Positions 11,990 to 22,542 of a stretch of DNA of 33,731 nucleotides are shown piece after piece. How positions within the stretch are numbered: position 1 is the stretch's first letter; every line of letters begins with the position of its first letter. Below the pieces are notes generated by a model. That model was not told the origin of the DNA. It saw only the letters and a program-made list of their open reading frames with translations, and made no database searches. The position numbers and the translations under genes were made by a program. This stretch comes from Nemertoderma westbladi (lineage: Eukaryota > Animalia > Xenacoelomorpha): the NCBI GenBank assembly GCA_032718475.1, contig JAUCBJ010003124.1, positions 1 to 33,731 of the forward strand, read 5' to 3'.

Positions 11990-14733
11990 GTAGGTCTATG
12001 AAAAATAACAGCAAGGAACGCTTTTTAAGTTTGTTAGTTAATTCTGACTGGGAACCCTGTTTTATGGCCGCGGACATTAACCTTGCGTACACTGTTTTTA
12101 AAGATACATTTCTAAAGGCTCTTAACCCTATTAGTACCGGGCTATAAAATGTTGTACAAATACCGGGAGGGGGTCATATTGACCCCCCCTCTAAAATCTA
12201 CAAATATTTACGAAAACGTCTGATTTTTGTTTGTACGTAGGTATCACTTGTCTGGATCCGACCGAAAAAAAAAATTTTCGAAAAAATGTACTGGGGTGGT
12301 TTTATTGCAGCACCAAAATTACAAGTAGTGCACAATTTTCACAAAATTTGAAAGTTACATTTTCGGCTAATTATTTTTCAATACAGGTTTTCTGGGGTGC
12401 AAAATACATTGGAAAATATTTAAAAATGATATGATTACTATAAATGGATGTTTAGTCCTCTCTGCGTAGGAAAAAAATGAAAAAAACAAGTAACCAGCAC
12501 TTTTCAGTTAGAACACAAAATTTGTAATTCACTTATACGATGCTATAAATTCACATTTTCAGGTTTTCGAGGGCGCTGATTCTAATGGAATACATTTCTA
12601 ATATGCCAGATCATTGCTACTTGTATTTTTCGGCGTAATTTTCAAATTTTGGTGCTAGCACCAAATTTCGTACTCATCACCAAAAAGTACAAGTTTGCGA
12701 TGTCCAGTGCTGTTTTTATTGAATCCATCGGATTCAGGACCCTCATAAACCCGTATAACGCAAGAAACAAGGTGATACTATCTACTTATCAATTTGCATA
12801 TTTTCCAAAATTTGGTGCTGGCACAACAATTTTCACCCACCGGCGAAAAATACAAGTTTGAGAACTCTTATGAAATTTTTACTGATTCCATTGAATTCAG
12901 AACCATCACAAACCCGTATAACGCAAGAAACAAGGTGACACAATCAATTGATATATTTGATGGTTTTCAAAATTTGGTGCTAGCACCACATTTTGCACCC
13001 ACATCCGAAAAATACAAGTTTGAGATGTCTAGTTCGATAATTATATTTTCCATTGAATTCAGAACAGCCATAAACCTCTTAAAACGCAAGAAATAAATTG
13101 TCACAAGCAATTTTGTATATTGAATGGATTTTCAAAATTTCGTGCTAGCACCAAAATTTACACACAGCACCGAAAAATACAAGTTTGATACGCTTGGTGC
13201 AACTCGTATATATTTCATCGAATCCAGAACCCCAAAAAACCCCAATTGCGTAAAAAACAAGTTTCAAACAATCAATTTACAAAATTGACTTATTTCAAAA
13301 TTTGGTGCTGGCACCAAAATTTGGCACCCATCGAAAAAAACAAGTTTGAAATTTCTAAATCAATTTATATGAATTCCATCCAATTTCTAACACCAAAAAA
13401 CCGGTGTAAATCAAAAATAGAGATGTTACAATTCATATTTAATGAAATGTAATTTTCAAAAAACGTCTCAAAAAAAGTGCCAAAAGTAGGGTTAAAAAAT
13501 GGTGCTATAACTCGAAAAGTACCCAATATTTTTGAAAACGGTTTTCACTACCATGAAGACAATAGATTTTTAGGAAAAGTCATAAAATTTCAGATTCCCA
13601 ACTGCGTTTGTTTCAGAATTATAATAAAAAAACCATGGGAGGGGTCATATTGACCCCCCCCCCCCCCGGGTTTAATAGGGTTAATACTGTAGCACCAATT
13701 AAAGAAATTAGTTTTAAACAACGCACTGAGCCCTGGATGACCTCGGGTATTCTTAGTAATATCAGAGAAAGAGATAACTATTTGTATAAATTTAGGAAAT
13801 ACCGTGTTTTAGCTGATTATAATAATTACTGCAAATATAGAAATCTTGTCCAACGGGAAATAAAAAACGCTAAATCTGAATATTTGTACAACAAAATAAG
13901 TGAGCATAAAGATAATCCTAAAAGTCTATGGTCTACCCTAAAATCTTTTGGTTATAAAAACCTTAAATCTAAATCGAATATTATTCTGCAAGATAACGGT
14001 GAGCTGATTCATGATCATACTCTAGTTAGTAATTTATTTAATAATTATTTTACTAATGTTGCCTCCAATTTAGTTAAGAAGTTACCGTTATCAAGTAATA
14101 AATATAGTATAGGGTCCGAAACTCTAAATAATTTTTATTTAGAAAAGTTACAAAATTCAGAAAAGTTATTTTTAAAACCCGTTTCTGAGGATTTCGTTTT
14201 TCAAAAGCTACTTAGCCTATCAGCCTCAAATTGTAAATCCTTTGAATCTGATACTTTATTTTTTAACGGTATTAAAAATTGGAACGCTCTGCCTAATGAA
14301 ATTAAAAACCTAGATAATCAACATTCTTTTAAATCTGCAGTTAAATCTCACCTCCGTGTACAATGTAAAAATAGGTACAATAGTCCTACAGTAAGTTATT
14401 AGTTTATTAATTATTTACTATTTATACTGTAATTACGTTTTATATTAAATTGTTCTGTACATTACATCTTTATCGTTGAGTCGGACATTGTCACGCTCTC
14501 GGTAAAGTTGTACATGTACATAGTGTAATTACGTTTTATATTGGTTTTAGGTTAGCGTAGTAGTAATATTGTATTTGTAACCAAGTAACATAAAGGACCC
14601 CCTTGGAAATAAGCTGCAAAGCTTTAGGGGTAATCCTATATGTTATGTTGGACAATACCTTTATACCGGTACATTGTTTGGTGTATTTGTTATTGTTTTT
14701 ACATAATGTATAAATAAATCTATCTATCTATCT
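11990..14733 (+). mobile_element. 5'-truncated, internally deleted non-LTR retrotransposon (L2/CR1-group-like), split by a piggyBac-like insertion
   Basis: Removing the insert plus one TTAA restores one frame: RSMKNNSKERFLSLLVNSDWEPCFMAADINLAYTVFKDTFLKAL|NTVAPIKEISFKQRTEPWMT...NPKSLWSTLK...FNNYFTNVA (endonuclease-RT linker). This is joined directly to the C-terminal FFNGIKNWNALPNEIK...FKSAVKSHL. The 3' UTR ends in AATAA plus an (ATCT)n tail. Confidence 0.8.
12126..13680. mobile_element. Non-autonomous piggyBac-like DNA transposon, 1555 bp
   Basis: TTAA at 12122-12125 and 13681-13684; termini CCCTATTAGTACCGGG ... CCCGGGTTTAATAGGG; subterminal palindrome GGGGTCATATTGACCCC near both ends; five ~163-bp internal subrepeats marked by GGTGCT(A/G)GCAC (12651, 12814, 12976, 13141, 13304); no transposase ORF. 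Confidence 0.9.
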
Positions 14734-14956
14734 ACTATTAGTAGTACTAACTACACGTGAACTACTGTAATACCTTTATACCGGTACATTGTTTGGTGTA
14801 TTTGTTATTGTTTTTACATAATGTATAAATAAATCTATCTATCTATCTACTATTAGTAGTACTAACTACACGTGAACTAATACCTTTATACCGGTACATT
14901 GTTTGGTGTATTTGTTATTGTTTTTACATAATGTATAAATAAATCTATCTATCTAT
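14654..14956 (+). repeat. Tandem triplication of the LINE 3' end and tail
   Basis: aatacctttataccggtacattg...aataaatctatctatcta repeated from 14654, 14769 and 14879. Confidence 0.9.
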
Positions 14957-15010
14957 ATGGCCAAATCTTCTTTGCCATCTTACGATCGCGCATGTGATGT
15001 AGTAGCACCT

Positions 15011-18000
15011 AGTACCGGAGGGACATTATCGGTACATAAGCTACAGTACCGGAGGGACATTATCGGTACATAAGCTACAGTACCGGAGGGACATTATCGG
15101 TACATAAGCTACAGTACCGGAGGGACATTATCGGTACATAAGCTACAGTACCGGAGGGACATTATCGGTACATAAGCTACAGTACCGGAGGGACATTATC
15201 GGTACATAAGCTACAGTACCGGAGGGACATTATCGGTACATAAGCTACAGTACCGGAGGGACATTATCGGTACATAAGCTATAGTACCGGAGGGACATTA
15301 TCGGTACATAAGCTACAGTACCGGAGGGACATTATCGGTACATAAGCTACAGTACCGGAGGGACATTATCGGTACATAAGCTACAGTACCGGAGGGACAT
15401 TATCGGTACATAAGCTACAGTACCGGAGGGACATTATCGGTACATAAGCTACAGTTCCGGAGGGACATTATCGGTACATAAGCTACAGTACCGGAGGGAC
15501 ATTATCGGTACATAAGCTACAGTACCGGAGGGACATTATCGGTACATAAGCTACAGTACCGGAGGGACATTATCGGTACATAAGCTACAGTACCGGAGGG
15601 ACATTATCGGTACATAAGCTACAGTACCGGAGGGACATTATCGGTACATAAGCTACAGTACCGGAGGGACATTATCGGTACATAAGCTACAGTACCGGAG
15701 GGACATTATCGGTACATAAGCTATAGTACCGGAGGGACATTATCGGTACATAAGCTACAGTACCGGAGGGACATTATCGGTACATAAGCTACAGTACCGG
15801 AGGGACATTATCGGTACATAAGCTACAGTACCGGAGGGACATTATCGGTACATAAGCTACAGTACCGGAGGGACATTATCGGTACATAAGCTACAGTACC
15901 GGAGGGACATTATCGGTACATAAGCTACAGTACCGGAGGGACATTATCGGTACATAAGCTACAGTACCGGAGGGACATTATCGGTACATAAGCTACAGTA
16001 CCGGAGGGACATTATCGGTACATAAGCTATAGTACCGGAGGGACATTATCGGTACATAAGCTACAGTACCGGAGGGACATTATCGGTACATAAGCTATAG
16101 TACCGGAGGGACATTATCGGTACATAAGCTACAGTACTGGAGGGACATTATCGGTACATAAGCTACAGTACTGGAGGGACATTATCGGTACATAAGCTAC
16201 AGTACTGGAGGGACATTATCGGTACATAAGCTATAGTACCGGAGGGACATTATTGGTACATAAGCTACAGTACCGGAGGGACATTATCGGTACATAAGCT
16301 ACAGTACTGGAGGGACATTATCGGTACATAAGCTACAGTACCGGAGGGACATTATCGGTACATAAGCTATAGTACCGGAGGGACATTATTGGTACATAAG
16401 CTACAGTACCGGAGGGACATTATCGGTACATAAGCTATAGTACCAGAGGGACATTATCGGTACATAAGCTACAGTACCGGAGGGACATTATCGGTACATA
16501 AGCTACAGTACCGGAGGGACATTATCGGTACATAAGCTACAGTACCGGAGGGACATTATCGGTACATAAGCTACAGTACCGGAGGGACATTATCGGTACA
16601 TAAGCTACAGTACCGGAGGGACATTATCAGTACATAAGCTATAGTACCGGAGGGACATTATCGGTACATAAGCTACAGTACTGGAGGGACATTATCGGTA
16701 CATAAGCTACAGTACCGGAGGGACATTATCGGTACATAAGCTACAGTACCGGAGGGACATTATCGGTACATAAGCTACAGTACCGGAGGGACATTATCGG
16801 TACATAAGCTATAGTACCGGAGGGACATTATCGGTACATAAGCTACAGTACCGGAGGGACATTATTGGTACATAAGCTACAGTACCGGAGGGACATTATT
16901 GGTACATAAGCTACAGTACCGGAGGGACATTATTGGTACATAAGCTACAGTACCGGAGGGACATTATCAGTACATAAGCTATAGTACCGGAGGGACATTA
17001 TCGGTACATAAGCTACAGTACCGGAGGGACATTATCGGTACATAAGCTACAGTACCGGAGGGACATTATCAGTACATAAGCTATAGTACCGGAGGGACAT
17101 TATCGGTACATAAGCTACAGTACTGGAGGGACATTATCGGTACATAAGCTACAGTACCGGAGGGACATTATCGGTACATAAGCTACAGTACCGGAGGGAC
17201 ATTATCGGTACATAAGCTACAGTACCGGAGGGACATTATCGGTACATAAGCTATAGTACCGGAGGGACATTATCGGTACATAAGCTATAGTACCGGAGGG
17301 ACATTATCGGTACATAAGCTACAGTACCGGAGGGACATTATTGGTACATAAGCTACAGTACCGGAGGGACATTATTGGTACATAAGCTATAGTACCGGAG
17401 GGACATTATCGGTACATAAGCTACAGTACCGGAGGGACATTATCGGTACATAAGCTACAGTACCGGAGGGACATTATCGGTACATAAGCTACAGTACCGG
17501 AGGGACATTATCGGTACATAAGCTACAGTACCGGAGGGACATTATCGGTACATAAGCTATAGTACTGGAGGGACATTATCGGTACATAAGCTACAGTACC
17601 GGAGGGACATTATCGGTACATAAGCTACAGTACCGGAGGGACATTATCGGTACATAAGCTATAGTACCGGAGGGACATTATCGGTACATAAGCTACAGTA
17701 CCGGAGGGACATTATCGGTACATAAGCTACAGTACCGGAGGGACATTATCGGTACATAAGCTACAGTACCGGAGGGACATTATTGGACATAAGCTACAGT
17801 ACCGGAGGGACATTATCGGTACATAAGCTACAGTACTGGAGGGAAATTATCGGTACATAAGCTATAGTACCGGAGGGACATTATCGGTACATAAGCTACA
17901 GTACCAGAGGGACATTATCGGTACATAAGCTACAGTACCGGAGGGACATTATCGGTACATAAGCTACAGTACCGGAGGGACATTATCGGTACATAAGCTA

Positions 18001-20115
18001 CAGTACCGGAGGGACATTATCGGTACATAAGCTACAGTACCGGAGGGACATTATCGGTACATAAGCTACAGTACCGGAGGGACATTATTGGTACATAAGC
18101 TACAGTACCGGAGGGACATTATTGGTACATAAGCTACAGTACCGGAGGGACATTATCGGTACATAAGCTACAGTACCGGAGGGACATTATCGGTACATAA
18201 GCTACAGTACCGGAGGGACATTATCGGTACATAAGCTACAGTACCGGAGGGACATTATCGGTACATAAGCTATAGTACCGGAGGGACATTATCGGTACAT
18301 AAGCTACAGTACCGGAGGGACATTATCGGTACATAAGCTACAGTACCGGAGGGACATTATCGGTACATAAGCTACAGTACCGGAGGGACATTATCGGTAC
18401 ATAAGCTACAGTACCGGAGGGACATTATTGGTACATAAGCTACAGTACCGGAGGGACATTATCGGTACATAAGCAATAGTACCGGAGGGACATTATCGGT
18501 ACATAAGCTACAGTACCGGAGGGACATTATCGGTACATAAGCTACAGTACCGGAGGGACATTATCGGTACATAAGCTACAGTACCGGAGGGACATTATTG
18601 GTACATAAGCTACAGTACCGGAGGGACATTATCGGTACATAAGCTATAGTACCGGAGGGACATTATCGGTACATAAGCTACAGTACCGGAGGGACATTAT
18701 CGGTACATAAGCTACAGTACCGGAGGGACATTATCGGTACATAAGCTACAGTACCGGAGGGACATTATCGGTACATAAGCTACAGTACCGGAGGGACATT
18801 ATCGGTACATAAGCTACAGTACCGGAGGGACATTATCGGTACATAAGCTACAGTACTGGAAGGACATTATCGGTACATAAGCTACAGTACCGGAGGGACA
18901 TTATTGGTACATAAGCTATAGTACCGGAGGGACATTATCGGTACATAAGCTACAGTACCGGAGGGACATTATCGGTACATAAGCTACAGTACCGGAGGGA
19001 CATTATCGGTACATAAGCTACAGTACCGGAGGGACATTATCGGTACATAAGCTACAGTACCGGAGGGACATTATCGGTACATAAGCTATAGTACCGGAGG
19101 GACATTATCGGTACATAAGCTACAGTACCGGAGGGACATTATCGGTACATAAGCTACAGTACCGGAGGGACATTATCGGTACATAAGCTACAGTACCGGA
19201 GGGACATTATCGGTACATAAGCTACAGTACCGGAGGGACATTATCGGTACATAAGCTACAGTACCGGAGGGACATTATCGGTACATAAGCTACAGTACTG
19301 GAGGGACATTATCGGTACATAAGCTACAGTACCGGAGGGACATTATCGGTACATAAGCTACAGTACCTGAGGGACATTATCGGTACATAAGCTACAGTAC
19401 CGGAGGGACATTATCGGTACATAAGCTATAGTACCGGAGGGACATTATCGGTACATAAGCTACAGTACCGGAGGGACATTATCGGTACATAAGCTACAGT
19501 ACCGGAGGGACATTATCGGTACATAAGCTACAGTACCGGAGGGACATTATTGGTACATAAGCTACAGTACCGGAGGGACATTATCGGTACATAAGCTACA
19601 GTACCGGAGGGACATTATCGGTACATAAGCTACAGTACCGGAGGGACATTATCGGTACATAAGCTACAGTACTGGAGGGACATTATCGGTACATAAGCTA
19701 CAGTACCGGAGGGACATTATTGGTACATAAGCTACAGTACCGGAGGGACATTATCGGTACATAAGCTACAGTACCGGAGGGACATTATCGGTACATAAGC
19801 TACAGTACCGGAGGGACATTATCGGTACATAAGCTACAGTACCGGAGGGACATTATCGGTACATAAGCTACAGTACCGGAGGGACATTATCAGTACATAA
19901 GCTACAGTACCGGAGGGACATTATCGGTACATAAGCTACAGTACCGGAGGGACATTATCGGTACATAAGCTACAGTACCGGAGGGATATTATCGGTACAT
20001 AAGCTACAGTACCGGAGTGACATTATCGGTACATAAGCTACAGTACTGGAGGGACATTATCGGTACATAAGCTACAGTACCGGAGGGACATTATCGGTAC
20101 ATAAGCTACAGTACC
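15011..20115. repeat. 34-bp satellite array, about 150 copies
   Basis: Unit agtaccggagggacattatcggtacataagctac repeated head-to-tail with rare substitutions, one 1-nt deletion near 17787, and no spacers. Confidence 0.98.
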
Positions 20116-20459
20116 TTGTACAGTACAATCCTGTAAAAGCATTTGGAATTAACACCAGAGCCATATTCCTCCATTTCCAAAGCAAGAGGCAGCTTGAGGA
20201 ATAATCAAGCTGACAGCCACCTGACATATCCTGTCACCTTTTCAGAGTACATCACCACTGTTCCTGCGCGCGAGCTGGGGGGAGATCTTCTCTGTGCTGG
20301 GGGTAAGAGCGCGTAAGAAAAGGGGGGAGAGGGGAAAAAAAGGGGATCTATAAATAGCATCCAATGGGACGCCTCTATTTTACGACCCTTCTATACTGTA
20401 AACATACAGCTGTCTACCTTATTGAGAAGTGGTAATACTACTTAATAGTTGCTAAACTT

Positions 20460-21850
20460 ACCCCCACCCCCACCTCCACCCACCTATCATTACACACCTA
20501 CTGTACTTAACAATACATACACCCATTCCAACATACCCACTTACACGTACCCTCCCACCCATCTAAGCACGTCGACTTAACTGCACCCATCCACCCACCT
20601 AAGCACACCTACTTAACCGCACCCACCTAAGCACGTATACCCACACCCACCCACCTACCTAAGCACATCTACTTAACTGCACCCACCCACCCTCCTAAGC
20701 ACGTCTACTTAACCGCACCCACCCACCAACCAAAAAACGTATAGTTAACCACACCCAGCCACCCTCCCACCTAATCACATCGACTTAACCACACCCTCCC
20801 ACCCACCTAAGCACACCTATTTAACCGCACCCACCCACCCACCTAAGCATAACTACTTAACCGCACCCACCCACCCTCCTAAGCACGTCTACCTAACCGC
20901 ACCCATCCACCTACATAAGCACGACTACTTAACCACACCCACCCACACACCTAAGCACGTCTACTTACCCGCACCCACCCACCCACCTAAACACGTCTAC
21001 TTAAAAGCACCCACCCACCCACCTAAGCACGTGTACTTAACCGCACCCACCCACCCACCTAAGCACGTATACTTACCCACACCCACCCACCCACCTAAGC
21101 ACACCTACTTAACCGCACCCACCCACCCTCCAAAGGAGGTCTACTTAACCGCACCCACCCACCCACCTAAGCACACCTACTTAACCGCACCCACTCACCT
21201 ACATAAGAACGTCTACTTAACCGCACCCACCGACCCACCTAAGCACACCTACTTAACCGCACCCACCCACCTATATAAGCACGTCTACTTAACCGCACCC
21301 ACCCACCCTCCTAAGCACGTCTACGTAACCGCACCCACCCACCCACCTAAGCACGTGTACTTAACCGCAAACACCCACGCACCCACCTAAGCACATCGAC
21401 TTAACCGCACCCACCCACCCACCTAAGCACACCTAATTAACCGCACCCACCCACCCTCCTAAGCACGTCTACTTAACCGCACCCACCCACCAACCTAAGC
21501 ACGTCTACTTAACCGCACGTGTACTTAACCGCAAACACCCACCCACGCACCTAAGCACATCGACTTAACCGCACCCTACCACCCAACCGACCTAAGCACA
21601 CCTACTTAACCGCACCCACCCACCCTCCTAAGCACGTCTACTTAACCGCACCCACCCACCAACCTAAGCACGTCTACTTAACCGCACCCACACACCAAAC
21701 TAAGCAAGCACGTCTACTTAACCGCACCCAACCTCCCCTACCCCTACACACTAATTACCCGCACTCACCTACCCCTACCCACTCTCCCTCCCTCCCACAC
21801 CCTATTTACCCGCACCGACCGCCCGAACCTAACAAACACACCCACCCCTA
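20460..21850. repeat. C/A-rich ~36-bp minisatellite with degenerate edges
   Basis: Core unit acttaaccgcacccacccacccacctaagcac(g/a)(t/c)ct; the minus strand is rich in GGGTGGGTGGG runs. Confidence 0.9.
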
Positions 21851-21865
21851 CTTTTTCTACGTTAT

Positions 21866-22412
21866 TGTTAGCTTATCCAATTCCGCTAACCAAACCCCAT
21901 AGAGTGAGCCGTTGAGCAATATTGGGAGCACGAGGTTGATTACCAATCAACCTCGTGTCACCCCAGTAAACGGGGACAATAGGCCCCAAAGGAGACACAC
22001 ACAATAAGGGTCAGGGGCCAAACCCCTAACAGAGAGAGAACAACAGGGGCAACGGGAAACACACCAGGGAAGGTGAAAGGGCGAGAAGTGGGATATTAGT
22101 CAATGGGGGGACAGCATCGACTAGGTACAGTAATATGGCCAACTGTGCAGTACATATATTACCTGTTGGTGCTTCCCTATTCAGTCAGTTTACTCAGTCA
22201 GATCAGTAGGGTGGAACGGTGACTTCTATCACCGTCCGCTACCGCCATCATACTTATCTACCGGTAACCGTGTCATACTATACTATATATATCAACTATA
22301 TTATACCTTATACATATAACCGAACACCAGAACTCTTTTACCTTTCACACACGGCGGGGACGCGTAGATAGAAAACCCAACGGATAAACCGGGATCCGTA
22401 GATCCCGTCACA
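21866..22412 (+). repeat. 5' LTR (547 bp)
   Basis: Starts TGTTAGC and ends GTCACA; identical by eye to 27884-28430 except T22100 vs C28118. Confidence 0.95.
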
Positions 22413-22421
22413 GTGATAGAA
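22413..22421 (+). promoter_or_regulatory. Putative non-tRNA (self-priming) primer binding site
   Basis: GTGATAGAA directly abuts the LTR end, lacks the TGG of tRNA primer sites, and is the exact reverse complement of TTCTATCAC at 22224-22232 in the LTR. Confidence 0.55.
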
Positions 22422-22542
22422 TTAGATCCACCCAGCTGCCCTGACAGTGATAGAATCCTAGCAGCTGCCCTAACAGTCTGACAGTGATAGAACTAGATCC
22501 AACCAACTGACAGACTGTGGCTGCCAGCCACCAAAGACAAAG

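Noticed and set aside
11650-11990. Moderately GC-rich stretch examined as the missing CAP or KY exon
   Set aside because: The frames I translated contain stops or lack CAP, KY or kinase motifs; left unannotated.
12231-13452. Short ORFs inside the piggyBac-like element (and their counterparts at 32082-32669)
   Set aside because: No DDD transposase motifs; they reflect the internal subrepeats.
13608-13684. N-terminus of the 264-aa ORF
   Set aside because: Comes from the piggyBac-like right end; the true LINE frame continues from upstream of 12125.
15011-20115. CRISPR-like 34-bp repeats with an internal palindrome
   Set aside because: Units are head-to-tail with no unique spacers, no cas genes are present and the context is eukaryotic; it is a satellite.
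21031-21390. Pro/His/Thr-rich repeat protein (YLTAPTHPPKH)n
   Set aside because: Translation of the 36-bp minisatellite; no splice signals or unique sequence, and the frame breaks on both sides.
20460-21850. Telomeric repeat (CCTAA/TTAGG)
   Set aside because: CCTAA occurs only once per 36-bp unit, not as a tandem array.
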